Source: Callorhinchus milii (taxonomy: Eukaryota). From it: a stretch of DNA of 64,000 bases. The DNA is taken from the NCBI RefSeq assembly GCF_018977255.1, contig NW_024704743.1, forward strand, positions 63,180,001 through 63,244,000, read 5' to 3'. Of this stretch, positions 25,966 to 38,739 are shown in pieces. The notes beneath the pieces are model-generated. The model saw only the letters and a program-made list of their open reading frames with translations, was not told the DNA's origin and made no database searches. Position 1 is the first letter of the stretch, and every line of letters begins with the position of its first letter. The position numbers and the translations under genes are program-made.

Positions 25966-26074
25966 TGTTCTGCTTCTTTGCAAAGCTTGTTGCAGAGTTT
26001 CAGCCCTGGTACTCCATGCTTCTTCCTGTAATCGTTGTGAGCTTTTAAGACTTCACCAGAAAACTCTTTCGAAG
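25966..26074 (-). CDS. GLIPR2: GLIPR2 coding exon 2: [37 protein letters not shown]
   Basis: Acceptor ttcctatttcag|, donor |gtaaga; 109 nt; CAP-domain HNxYRxxHG motif; aligns with human ASKQFHNEVLKAHNEYRQKHGVPPLKLCKNLNREAQQ (recalled). Confidence 0.97.
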
Positions 26075-26216
26075 CTGAAATAGGAATTTTTTTTAAAAAA
26101 AAACAAAGCGTTATCCTAATTTAATAACGAAACAAAGGCGTGGCAAAACAAAATTACAGACAGGTCTGCATAAGATCATCAATTATTAAATCAATAAAAG
26201 AGCAACAGAAACCGAC

Positions 26217-26229
26217 CTGACTTCCCCAT
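26217..26229 (-). CDS. GLIPR2: GLIPR2 (Golgi-associated plant pathogenesis-related protein 1, GAPR-1) coding exon 1: MGKS(A)
   Basis: Minus strand ATGGGGAAGTCAG|gtcggt; 13 nt, phase 1. Joined with exon 2 it gives MGKSAS, the N-myristoylation motif (MGxxxS) of GAPR-1. Confidence 0.93.
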
Positions 26230-26329
26230 AGTTTAGGGGAGGGTGTTTTGGGGGGTGGATGAAACCTCCTGTGCTGCTGCTGCTGCAGATACGAGGCTGA
26301 GCTGCTTTAGGTGCAGCAGAGAATGAGAG

Positions 26330-26380
26330 ACTGAGAGAATGAGCTCAGCCCTGTCTGCCCGCCCTGTCTGCCTTATAAGG
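26330..26380 (-). promoter_or_regulatory. Probable GLIPR2 core promoter: CCTTATAAGG (CArG box containing TATAA), GC box, Inr-like TCATTCT
   Basis: CCTTATAAGG at 26371-26380, GGGCGGG at 26358-26364 and TCATTCT at about 26340, all 110-150 nt upstream of the ATG. Motif evidence only. Confidence 0.55.
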
Positions 26381-27025
26381 ACTGAAGTCTTTACTGGGAG
26401 TCAGAATCCAGACTAGAGATCAGAGCACAGCATTGCCCCAGCACAGAGCTGGCCAGCTCTCCCCACCCACCCCAGCACAGCACAGCACAGCACAGCACCA
26501 GGCTGTGTCTGCGTGGAATAAAGCCCTTCCCCCAGTCAGCACAGACAGCTCCAGGTTGCCCAGACTGGCTGCTGCTGCTGCTGGGCTTTCTCTGGGTTCC
26601 AGCTGCCTCCTGTGGGGACACTCCAGGAAGTACGAGATGGAGCACGAAATAGGGATTTGCAAGATCCAGCTGCCTGCACTGCAACCAGGGGGGGACTCTT
26701 AGAGGATTTCCCAGTCTTGCTGGCTGCAGCCTCTGGTCTGGCTCTCACAGAAGAAAGGTTCACTGGGGAATCCTCTAAAGGGTTCTGTGTCGAGAGTAAA
26801 AAAAAAGGTTATGCAGCCAACGCGATTGAGATGGAGTAACAGAATGCAATTGGCAGGGTTTAAAAAGCCTGAATCCAAACATTAAATGAGAAAACGTTTT
26901 TGTGACCAAATAGGGTGTTTCGAGTTCTTGTTATCGTGAGGGTTTCTAAAAGATGAAACCTTAAACCAAGCTCCTCCCTGCCTGCTCAGGAGATGTTAAA
27001 GAACCCATTACACTATACTATTAAC

Positions 27026-27329
27026 AATAATAATAATAATAATAATAATCCTTGCATTTGATGTAGCGCTTTTCACGTCGGGAGGACGTCCCAAAGCGCT
27101 TCACCGAACACACTGTAAAGTGAATTGACTATATATTTGTGGGCGAACGCGGCAGCCAATTGCGCACAGCAATGTCCCACAAACAGTCGTAGATTGAAAA
27201 TGACCAATTTATTATTGTTTTTGGTTTTGGAGGGATTATTATTAGGCTTTGTGTGGAGTAAGGAAACTTGCCCAAGGTTTCGCCCTCTGCCTGGAATTGA
27301 ACTCAGGTCTCTCACTTGCAAAGCGAGTG
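27026..27329 (-). mobile_element. Young SINE (CTCCC-loop type) about 0.65 kb upstream of the GLIPR2 promoter
   Basis: 5'-truncated head abuts an older SINE tail (27330-27390). Confidence 0.9.
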
Positions 27330-28168
27330 TTAATCCTTGCATTTGATTTAGCGCCTTATCATGTCGTTGAGATGTCTCAAAGCGCTTCACGTTCATCTCC
27401 GCTATTTCTCTGGCTCAGCACAATCTCTGCCATTACTTAGCCTCAGAGAAGTTACTCACGTGAAGTGTACTATACAAATGCAAGTTACTGTTATACAGTT
27501 CAGGCTCATTTCTCATGTTTCTAAGTGAAGTGGCTTTGATGGATGGTGAATGGGCTAATAATGGGCAATGCTGCTGTGAGTGTGCAATGTCTAATTGCTA
27601 AATTGAGCTGCAAGAAAATTATTCCCAGGTGAATTGCATGGAAAGAATGTAGTTGGTCAGGAATTCCAATCTGAAAATGCCTTCCTACTCTGGTCGGAAA
27701 AACTTTTGATGAAAGCAGCACGAAATTATAATCTTAATAATACAATAATCCTTGCAATTGAAATAGTGCTTTTCACAACATCAGGACATCTCACAATGCT
27801 TACGGGGTTGTGTAGTGACTGTGTATTTGTAGGCAAACATCTACAAAAAATCAAACAAATACTATCATTTAGGGATAATAATAGATATGTCAACTCATAC
27901 AAACAATTGTTCTTGTGACAAGGATTGACGTGAATTCTCCTCGTGCCAAGGATTGACTTTAAGATCCTCGTCCCAATCTCCAAATTCCTTCCTGTTCTTT
28001 CCTCTCCATAATTATGCCATCCTGTTCTCTGGCTCATGCCCCTGTGTTTCTGATTCTGGTCTACCATTTGTTTCTCACTCCATCTGTCTCACTGTTTCAT
28101 GGCTGAGCTCTGGTTCCTTGAATTGTCATTCTGAAGAAGCCTTGAGCTCCCCCTATAGTCTGATACTG

Positions 28169-28552
28169 TAATAATAATAATAATAATCCTTGCATTTGGT
28201 ATAGCACTTTTCACGTCTTCTCGATGTCTCAAAGCTCTTCACAGAATAGACTGTAAAGTGAATTGACCGTATATTTGTGGGCGAAACGCGGCAGCCAATT
28301 GCGCACAGCAGTGTCCCACAAACAGTCGTGGATTGAAAATGACTTATTATTGCACTGTAGTACAATACAGGGAATAATAATAATCTTTGAATTTGATATA
28401 GCGCTTTTCTTCTAGACATTTTCTGGACGTTTCAAAGCGCTTCACAGAATATACTGTAAAGTGAATTGACTGCATTTTTGTGGGCGAAACGCAGCAGCCA
28501 ATTGCGCACAGCAGTGTCCCACACACAGTCGTGGATTGAAGTGACCAAATTA
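28169..28552 (-). mobile_element. Two tandem 5'-truncated SINEs
   Basis: 28169-28343 and 28373-28552 each contain core plus tail. Confidence 0.88.
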
Positions 28553-28649
28553 TCATTGGGCTTTTTTGAACATTGATGAGATATCAAACAGAGGACTTGT
28601 CTCCTTGTTCAGTTGGATATCAAAGATCCCATAAAACTTGAAGGAGAAC

Positions 28650-30545
28650 AACAACAATAACAACTTGCATGTATATAGAGGCCTCTACACAGGATAGCGT
28701 CTCAGAGTGCTTTACATTACATTTAATGTTATGACATTAACAGTAGCAGAGCCTGACTCCGAGCGGGGCGGGTGGGGGGGGTGCACAGGAGGGTTAGGGC
28801 TGTCAAAGAGGAAGGTTGTCAGACGGGACTTGAAAAGCGGAGAGAGGGGGTAAAGCAGAGGGATTGAGGGAGAGTGTTCCAGAGTTTCAGGGCATAGTGG
28901 CTGAAAGGGCAATCTTCGATGGTGGAGCGGAGGGTACAAGGCACAAGCAGGAGGCCGGTGCCAGTTAAGTGGAGGTGCCGGGTGGATTGGGGAGTGAGGA
29001 GGTTGGAGAGGTAGGGAGGTGCCAGAGAGTGAAGTGTGAGGATTTGAAGTCGATCTGTTTGGTGGTGGGGAGCCAGTGGAGCCTGGCTAGAACTGGTGAG
29101 ATGGGCTATGGAGTTTGGTCCGGGTCAGTATGAGGGCGGCAGAGTTCTGAATGAGCGGAGCTTTTGAATAATGGAGCTGGAGAGACCAGCGAGGAGTGCA
29201 TTGGAGTAATCCAGTCGGGAGGTGACGAACACATGCATGAGGGTTTCGACTGCATTTAGGGTAAGGTACGGTCGGAGGCAGGTAATGTGACGGAGGTGGA
29301 AGAAGGCGGTCCTGGTCAGGGATTGGATGTGGGGGAAGAAGGACAACTGGGGGTTGAACCGGATGCCTAGATTGCGCACTGGTTTGTTGAGTCAGAGGGA
29401 GAGCCCAGGGAGATTGAGGAGTTCAGATCCACAGGAGTGAAGATATTGACTGACAGGAGCCAAGGAGTACGGCTTCTGTCTTGTCCACATTCAGTTGCAG
29501 GAAGTTTGCCCTCATCCAGGCCCTGATATCTCCCAGACACGCTGATAGAACATTGGCGAACCTGGAGTTGGTACTGAAGGAGACAAAGTAAATTTGCGTT
29601 TCATCCGCATACATGTAGATGTTTATCCCATGTTTGCGGATGACATCACCAAGAGAAAGCATATAGATAAGGAAAAGAAGAGGGCCAAGGATGGAGCCCT
29701 GGGGTACCCCACAGGTGACTGTACAGGGGCGGGAGGAGAAACTATTTTCTGAGATGAAATGGAGGCAGTTGGTTAAGTAGGAATTGAACCATGCAAGTGC
29801 AGGCCTACTAAGGTGGATGAGGGAGGAGAGGAGGTGGAGAAGGATGGCGTGGTTGACAGTGTCGAACGTGGCAGAGAGATCCAGGAGGACAAGGAGGCAG
29901 AGGGAGCCCTGGTCACAGATAGAGAGGATGTTGTTTCTGACTTTGACAAGCACTGTCTCTGTGCTGTGGGCAGGGCGAAAACCAGACTGCAGGGGCTCGA
30001 GGAGGGAGTGGAGGGAGAGGTGTGACTGAAGTTGACCTGCAACATTGCAAGGAAGGGAAGGTTGGAATTCCTCCAAAAACCCAAAACAATAATAAATTGG
30101 TCATTTTCAATCTACGACTGTTTGTGGGACATTGCTGTGCGCAATTGGCTGCCGCGTTCGCCCACAAATATACAGTCAATTCATTTTACAGTGTGTTCTG
30201 TGAAGCGCTTTGGGACATCCTCCCGATGTGAAAAGCGCTATATCAAATGCAAGGATTATTATTATTATTATTATGGGATGGTAGTGTGAGAGATTCGAGG
30301 GATTGAGGGTGGGTTTTTTGAGGACTGGTGTGATGATAGCGATTTTCAGGGGGAGTGGAACAGAGCCTGAGGAGAGAGACTGTTTGATCGTGTCAGCCAG
30401 CAGGGGAGAAGAGAAGAGGGAGTTGAGTGACCAGCAGCTGGGTGGGGAGGGGGTCGAGTGAACTTCATGCGGGTGATTGTGGTTGAGAGGGAGGAGTGAT
30501 AAATAGGGGCAAAGGAGTGTAAGGAGGAGGGAGTGGCAGGAGTCG
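28650..30545 (-). mobile_element. L2 LINE, about 1.7 kb RT region plus 3' end, interrupted by a SINE at 30068-30272
   Basis: KKPTLNP..YHPI|SNLPF, QSGFRPAHSTET, LLDLSATFDTV, GVPQGSILGPLLF, YADETQIY, SRLDYSNALL. Confidence 0.95.
30068..30272 (+). mobile_element. 5'-truncated SINE inserted in the L2 ORF2
   Basis: Removing it restores the L2 reading HPISNLPF. Confidence 0.92.
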
Positions 30546-31907
30546 TGGCGTTGTGATCTCCTCGTGTTCCAGCAAATAAACATCCAGATTAATTGGTCAT
30601 TTATCTCAAGTGGGGGGTTTCTATAGGGCTTTAATGGTAAATAGCTGCCATGTTTGTCTACAAAACTACTAGTACTACTAATAATAATCCTTGCATTTGA
30701 TATAACACCTTATCACGACTTTGAGATGCCTCAAAGTGCTTCACAAAATATATTGTAAAGTAAATTGACTGTATAGTGAGAATAATCTCTGAGAAGAGTT
30801 AGTAAACTCGAGTTCTCAGCTTAATGTAGGGTTTGGTAAACTATGAAGGAAAATCTGCTAATACAGTAACAATTACAGTAAAATTTACATTATTTAGTGT
30901 ATATGATATCAAATAGCATACCTCCATACATATAACCATACATACAACAATACATACATACAACCATACATACAACCATACACACATACATGCAAACATA
31001 CATACATACTGCATAAATTTAGACAAAGAGAAGTAAACAGTATTAAATGAGGCTCACAAAAACTTATAAATTTAGACGAAGAGAGAAGAAAGATGGTTTC
31101 AGAATAGTGCACATTCATAAAGTATAAATGTAGCACAGAAAAAGACAGTGGAATCTGAGTATATTTGGACAGGGTACAGATGGACTGAGCCCACATGTCA
31201 TCATGACATGTCATCGGGAATGAAAAGGATATTTTAGAGTCTTCGAGCATCATCTCACAAGCCCAGGCATGCAACAGCTTTTACCCTCCTATATATACTA
31301 CAACCCTCTGTGTATGCTGACCAATTCTTTTTTCTCCAAGCACATTTTTTATCAGGATCACTAGCACTTTTATCAGTGGCGTTCCTGTATTCGTTTTGGA
31401 GGAGGAAGAACACAGAAACAAATATGCCATTTGGCCTGTTGAGCCTGCTCTTTCATCACTCTCTCTGTCGGGTGAATATTCCTTTTAGCACATTTATAGT
31501 ACGTGCAGCCTCTTTCAATTTTGTTCTGCATCTTTTTAAATGTTGTTTTAAAAGAATCATTATTATTTAATGTTTACGAAAATCCCATGATGGTCAAATA
31601 ATTATTTGATGAGCTAATGAGCCACACAAATCAGCAAGGTTGTCTCATCTGAAGGATGCCACCTCCAATAATATACCCCCAGCATGCCCCATGTTCACCC
31701 ACAAAACACACAGTCACTCACTTTACAGTATATTCTGTGAAGCGCTTTGAGACATCTTGAAAACGTGATAAGGCACTATATCAAATGCAAGGACTATTAT
31801 TATTATATTATTAATAATAACTGATCTGTGCTAAATTATATTTGAACTCAGCCTGGATAGCAAAAGGAGCCCAACAAATAGGCCTCAGTGTCCCTGGGCG
31901 AGGGGGG

Positions 31908-31971
<64 letters not shown>
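31908..31971 (+). repeat. (AATC)n microsatellite
   Basis: Direct inspection. Confidence 0.97.
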
Positions 31972-31972
<1 letters not shown>

Positions 31973-33264
31973 GTTCCCTCTCCATGTGCAGAAGTGTAGA
32001 AAATTTCCTGAATATTAGGAAAAGATTAGGAAATTTCCTAAATATAAATATTAATTTAGAAGAGAGTTTTCAAAAGTTCTAATTCTATGATTCTATGAAC
32101 TGGCTACCATATTAAGATTGAATTGAAAACTGTTCCACTATTCAATACAATGTTACAAAATTACTTCTGTTTGATTCAGTGCAGTCTTAAGTTTTAAAAC
32201 AAAATGTTTTTACAAACTAGGACGAGGTAGATTTCAGGCTTTTTATGTTGGAAGTTAAGCACTTTGGGACGTCCTCCCAACATGAAAGATGGTATATACA
32301 TATAAATGAAATGTATTGTAAGAAAACAAGAAGGAGCTTCTTCCTTTATCTTCCTTCTCAGCTTTTCACAATCAGATGACTTGTATGGAATTCACATCTC
32401 TGTGACTAATAGACTGTGGATTATCTTCTGAATGCAGAGCACGGTGATAAGAAACCAGTTTGGTGACATAGCAAACGAGTCTCATTTCCTCAAACATTGT
32501 TTCTCTTTATTATCATAAACCATATTACTGTACAAATGATACAAAGGCTTTCCCTTTGAAGATGTGATCTTGCTTCGATAAAAATACTTGCGGAAACCCA
32601 TCACCATTCTTTAAGAGCATCCAATCTAAACTCTTTGTCTGGTTTGGATATTGTTTATCATGGTGATAGATTTCTGTGTGTGTCAGATACCTGGCTGAGG
32701 AAAATAGAATGACAAAGTAATATTAACGGGAACATCACGATTATCCAAATCCAGAGAGTATTAAGATCAAGCTGGTAAGTGCTAAGGCTTGGGGACCCCA
32801 AAGTGTTTGTCAGGGTACTGTTAGAGTTAAACCAACTGAAAACGCGTAGCTTGTCATTGATAGCACTGTCTGGCAAGCTTTCCCACTGCTTGTCCAGCTA
32901 GGATCACCCTACCCATTAGGACATTGGCTTGCTGGGTTAACAGGGAGATGAGTGGGGAGAATCAATGCTCCCAGTGACTGGTCTGCCCTTCCAAGTTCTG
33001 CCAATGAGCCAAGTTGGCTGTGCTGTCATCAGCAGTGCCTTAGAGTGCTTCATCACTTATAAATAGTAGCTGGCAATCGACACTCTATGTGGTTGTTTGC
33101 GATGTATAATTATTGCACTACTTTGCACTATTTGCAAGGTGTAACTATTTTGTGGTCAGCCGGGTGACATCAAACTGACATTCCTGGCTACATGACTAAA
33201 CCTTGACGAGTTACATTCCACAGATGACATTTGGAGTCCATTACGGAAATTGTGAAGATTATGT

Positions 33265-33553
33265 ATAATAATAATAATAATAATAATCCTTGCATTTGAT
33301 ATAGCGCTTTTCACATCGGGAGGACGTTCCAAAGCGCTTCACAGAACACACTGTAAAGTGAATTGACTGTATATTTGTGGGCGAACGTGGCAGCCAATTA
33401 CGCACAGCAATGTCCCACAAACGGTCGTAGATTGAAAATGACCAATTTATTATTGGTTTTGGTTTTGGAGGGATTATTATTAGGCGTGTGGAGTAAGGAA
33501 ACTTGCCCAAGGTTTCGCCCTCTGCCTGGAATTGAACTCAGGTCTCTCGCTTG
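33265..33553 (-). mobile_element. Young SINE (CTCCC-loop type)
   Basis: Core plus tail; head truncated at the anticodon arm. Confidence 0.9.
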
Positions 33554-33624
33554 TATAAACTAGTTATAGAGATATATGTATTATATGAGTTCCATAACTT
33601 CCAATGTATACAAACTCCCCGAAC

Positions 33625-34060
33625 CTTCACTCACACCAAACTTTGCAGGCCTATCACCACAGTCCTTGGCAGGCTCCACTGGCTCCCAGTCCTCAAACCA
33701 ATTTTAAGTTCCTCATCCTCAACTACAATTATTTTCATGCCCCAGAACCTCCTTATTTGTGACGTCCTGCTGCTCCACTCTTCTGCTCACCCTCTCCTCT
33801 CGGCTCCTTGGGCTTCGCTGCACATCTCCGACCCCCTCAACACTGCCACTGGTGGTAAATTCTTTGCACTGATCTTTCGAACTCCTCCCTCTACTCTTCA
33901 TCTCAAACCCTCCCTCCCCCCTGCCCCCCAACCCATATGCTCTCTATTTGGAATGGTCACCTCCCACTGCCTCCTTTCCCCTTCTCAGTGTTCAATCCTG
34001 GCAGTCCAGGATGTTATCCCATGTGAAGGGCACAATATCAATACAAGTTGTTGTTGTTGA
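33625..34060 (+). mobile_element. L2 3' fragment, degraded
   Basis: PITTVLGRLHWLPV motif and (TTG)n tail. Confidence 0.75.
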
Positions 34061-35439
34061 GTTGTGCAAGCCATGTATAAACAGGGTGCAAATAGGATTC
34101 CTGCCACCCAGGAACCATTCAGTCACACAGTGTTGTGGACATCAACCTTTAGAGGCACTCTAAAGTTTGCTCACATAGCAAGACGTTAAATAGTAAGATA
34201 TTAAATTGCAGCGTGCCGTGTGCATGTTGGAAGATTTCAAACAGCTATTTCCATAGTAACATGTTGAAGTTCTCCCTCTAGCGTAGAAATAAAAAGCATT
34301 AGCTGAGTACAGTAGTTCCATAACAACAACAATCAAATAACAACAAATTACATTTGTATAGCACCTTTCACGTGGGAGGATGTCCCAAAATGATGAAAGG
34401 ATATGTAAGGGATTATATTAAGGAACTTTTTAACTTGCCTTATTGTTTTGGAATGAATTTATAATATTTAAAAGCAACATTTTTTGGAAGAAACATGAAA
34501 TAATATTGGTATCTCCAGTGCTAAAAATATTTAGAAAGTTCCATTAGACCTAAGAAACATTAGGCACAGACTCGATGGGCCGAATTGACTCTTTTGGTGC
34601 TGTACGATTCTATGATTCTATGAAACACATGAGAGGCTCATTCATGGACACCTGCACTCATATGTACATATATATTTAATATATCTTCCATTCTTCCATC
34701 CATACATACACACATACCTACCTACATACATGGAGTGCCTCTGTGTAGTTAATAATATTCTCTGTTGTATATTCTCTACGTTCAGGTGTAGAATTATGAA
34801 CTGATCAATTTAAAAGAAGTGGTTCTTTCTGATCTTCAGGAGATTCCCATGCTTTGCATAATCTTTCATTCTGTGTCTATGAATAGTTTACTGGCTTCAT
34901 CAGTAAGGGAAGCACCCCAACAAAATCACAAAGCAATGAAGTCTTTCTGCACTTTACACATTATATTCTGTACACATTTGTTCAGGAGACATCCCTTTGA
35001 AAGCTTTTAATCCTCAAATGTTGCATACACATTACATTAATTGGTTACCTCATCCACCACTTTCCTTCAAAAGAACATTGATGCATTGAGTAAATTTGAA
35101 AGAGCAATACTGTTGCTGTTAAAGATTCAAGAGGGCATTTGATAGCCATTTTGCAATTCAGGAGTCTGAGAGATAGAACATTGTAATTGTTTTACCTTTG
35201 GAACCAATTAGATAAACTAATAAACGTTTGCTGCTGGACAATGTCTATGCTTATATGTGTGCTAAACATTATTAGAGGGCTGTTGTCATGCATTCTGGGA
35301 AGAGGCGGAGGCAAGTGATTACAGTAACGTTTTTAAACAGCCTAAGCAGTTTACAATAATAAGTGTTCTACAATACATGGGACCGCACTCGCTTGGTTCG
35401 AGTCCTACGTTACAAACCGCCATGTGCCGTACAATTCTA

Positions 35440-36485
35440 TAAACACTACATTTCCGCAAATGCTTTTTCTTCTCACCCCTGCCCAGTCACCTGTGGGATA
35501 TCCCAAGGCTCCATCCTTGGTCCCCTTCTCTATATGCTCCTTCTCGGTTATGTCATCCACAGACATGAGGTTAACCAGTGGTGGATGAGGTTAACTTCCA
35601 CATGTGTGCGGCTGACACTTAACTCTACTTCTCCTCCTCCAGCTGTGACCCGCAGTCCTCTGATGTTCTGTCAACTTGTCTGACAGACATCAAGGCCTGA
35701 TTGAGTGAAATTTTCTGGCAATTAAACGTCAACAAGACGGAAGCCATACACTTTGGCTCTCATCGACGTCTTCTGTCCTACGGTTCCAACCTCCTCAACC
35801 TACCCTATCTGTCCTTAAAACTCTCTGAACCCGTGCACAACTTAAGCGTCAGGTTCAATCCCCAGTTATCCTTCCTCCCCTACATCCGGTCCCTGACCAA
35901 CCAGCACCGCTTTCCTCCATCTCCACCACATTGCCCGTCTCCAACAATACCTCACTCCACAAGCTGCCGAAACCCTTGCCCATGCCTTCAAATCATCCAA
36001 AATCCACCTCCCACATTCTCACCCACACTAAACTCCATACCCCAATTACCCCAGTCCTTGCCAAACTCCACTGGCTCCCTGTCACAGAGCAGATCAACTT
36101 CAAGATCCTCACTCTAGTGTTTAAATCCCTCCACGCCTTGGCACCCCCTTATCTCTCTAACCTCCTCTCTCCTCACAGCACTACCCGCTGCCTCCACTCT
36201 ACTGGCTCCGGTCTCCTTCTTGTCCCTTGAATCCTCCACTCCACCATTGGCAGCCGTGCCTTCAGCCACTACACCCCGAAACTATGGAACTACCTCCATC
36301 AATCCCTTCAATTTGCCCCCTCTTTCCCCATTTTCAAGTTGTGCCTGAAGACCTTCCTTTTCGACCGTGCCTGTGGTCACCTTCCCACTCCCCTGGCTCA
36401 GCATGGGGCTCCACCATTGTTAAGCACTCAGAGAAGTTGCCAGGCGTGGAGGGTGCTATATAAATACAAGTTGTTGCTGTTGTAT
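35440..36485 (+). mobile_element. L2 LINE, 5'-truncated, degraded RT and 3' end
   Basis: GISQGSILGPLL, QLNVNKTEAI, LHWLPVTEQINFKIL; tail ataaatacaagttgttgctgttg. Confidence 0.9.
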
Positions 36486-38739
36486 AAGATTTCTATCTGA
36501 AGATGAGACTGAGAATCAGAGAGCTTTTTGTGAATCTTATTATAAAGAAGAAACAGAAATATTTCTACTTGCAGTGATTGGGGTACAATAGACGCCATTG
36601 TTTAATCCCTTTTTTGGGAGGGGTCAGCCAGGTGTGCTATATGTGTGAAAACCTATTGCCCTGCTCTTAATTAAGAGTATCCAAACCAGTCTACAAGTTC
36701 CTCATATGCATGCAATGGGCACTCTCTTCCCAAAGGGATGTTCTCTGTTCAGCTAATCCTAGAAAGTAATAGGTGCAAGTTGATAAGAGTCAAGGTTTGA
36801 AGAGCCCAGAGTTTGCATTGGGGTACTGTTGGCATTTTGAAAAGCTTGTCACTGTGAACCCTGACTGCCTGGCTTCCTATCCATTAAGCCGTTGTCTTGT
36901 AGGGTTAACATAAGCTGAGTGGGAAGAATCCCCGCCTCAATGTTTTTAAAAATACATCTATTAGCTAGGAGGATCTCAGTCTGCTATTATGCTGTATAGG
37001 CTGGAGAAGGTATTGTATTTTAACTTGGGAATTGCTGAGTGAAACACCGTCCCCTAGTAAAAGGGCCCCTTTAAAAAGACCATCAATCAGAATGGAGATC
37101 AGTTAGTCAGGCAACTCATTCCATCCTGAGAGAAAACCTCTGAGAGGAAGTGAATTTAATGCTTCACTTCTCTCACATTAATCCCACTACACTGTGACTG
37201 ATGACAACTACAAATGTAAAACCACTTGTCTCCAAATCAGACTTATATTGTAACAAGAAGTGAAACTGCTCACAGGAGAAAATTTTATATAATCCACTAT
37301 GGAGTCAGTCCAAAACTAGATGACACAAGTCTAAAATAAAGCCATTAAGTAACAACAAGATATAATAGCACAACCTGAGATTAGGAGGGTTTTTTGATGA
37401 AAGAATTGTAAATACAGTATGTGGAATGCAATCCCAGGTCAACAGACTGATGGATTGCAGGTTATAGGGAGAAATTCACAGATAATTGAATGCTGAGCAC
37501 AATGGCCCCTAAACTGCGAGATCAGAGAAATGTCCTGACTAAGAACGCAGCTGGTCCAGAGGCACTTCCTGTGAATGTGTCTGATCGAGCAATAAAAATG
37601 ATAAAAGGTCATTCAATCCAACCAGCCTATTCCTTGCACAGATCAGGTAATCAACTGCGACTCTCTCCAGCCCATTGGGGATAGATTTCTCAACGTCTCT
37701 GCCCTTAAAGATAAATCAAACCAGACTCTTGCAGACCTATGCAGCCTCGATCAACTAAAATGAATAATCATTGCAATTGATATAGTGCCTTTAACATCGG
37801 GAGGACATCTTAAAGTGCTCCACAAGATTTACTTTGAAGTACAGCAACTGTTTATTTGTACCAAACGCTACAGCTAATCTGCACACAGTAATGTCCCACA
37901 AGCAGCCATGAAGTGAATGACAAGTTTTCTTCTCTGGGGGATTGTTGGTCAGGACACCAGGAGAAAATCCCTTCTTTTTTGAGTAATGCCTTTATCATCT
38001 AGCTGAACAGGCAGACAGGATCTCTTCTTAACATCTCATCTGATGGATGTCACTTTTGACAACACAATGCTGCTCCAGCTCTGTATTGGCGTGTCAGTCT
38101 AGACTGTGAGCTCAAAGTGGGACCAGATGCCTCCTTATAGTGACATAAATAGAGATCTAAAAATGTGGTATTCACTACAGGATTCAAAAAGAATTCAGAA
38201 ATACTGAATGATACAGTAAACACCTGTGTGTCACCAGGGCATGTCCCAACTCTACTCCATTGCCATCCCTTTCTGTATACGCTAGGGTGCCGTTTCTTAC
38301 AGTCAATACAGTGCATATCTGATTACCTGCAAGATTTGATATTTACAAATATCTGGTGTAGACTGCCCACTCTCTCCCAGAGGGGAATGCATCTTGCTAA
38401 CAAAATGTCAAAGAGTTTAGTCATAAATTAACAACAAGTAAGGCTTGGTGATCCCAGGTATACATTGGGGGTATTGCTGGAGTTTAAGTAGCTAAAGCCG
38501 CATAGCTTTCCATTGCAAACAGTAGGGCTTTAGCTTTACCCAATAGGGCATTAGCTTGCAAGATTAACAGAAGGGAAGTGGGAAGAATTCTAATGGCAAG
38601 TCCTGCCGAGGAGCCAGGCTGGCTGGTTTGTCATCAGCAGTGCTGTGGACTAGCCTGATTCAGGAACCAGACTGCCATTGAGGGCCAACTCAATTGCGAT
38701 ATTCCAAGCACACCATCTTGGAGCCTGTTCAGCTCCAAG

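Noticed and set aside
26391..26839. Overlapping ORFs upstream of GLIPR2
   Set aside because: Low-complexity GC-rich promoter-proximal sequence with no recognisable domain.
29423..30076. 217-aa RT ORF as a functional gene
   Set aside because: Fragment of a truncated, frameshifted, SINE-interrupted L2; the catalytic YADD reads YADE.
30032..30289. Recurrent ORFs of the type [29 protein letters not shown]
   Set aside because: Chance translation of the SINE consensus, repeated at each copy.
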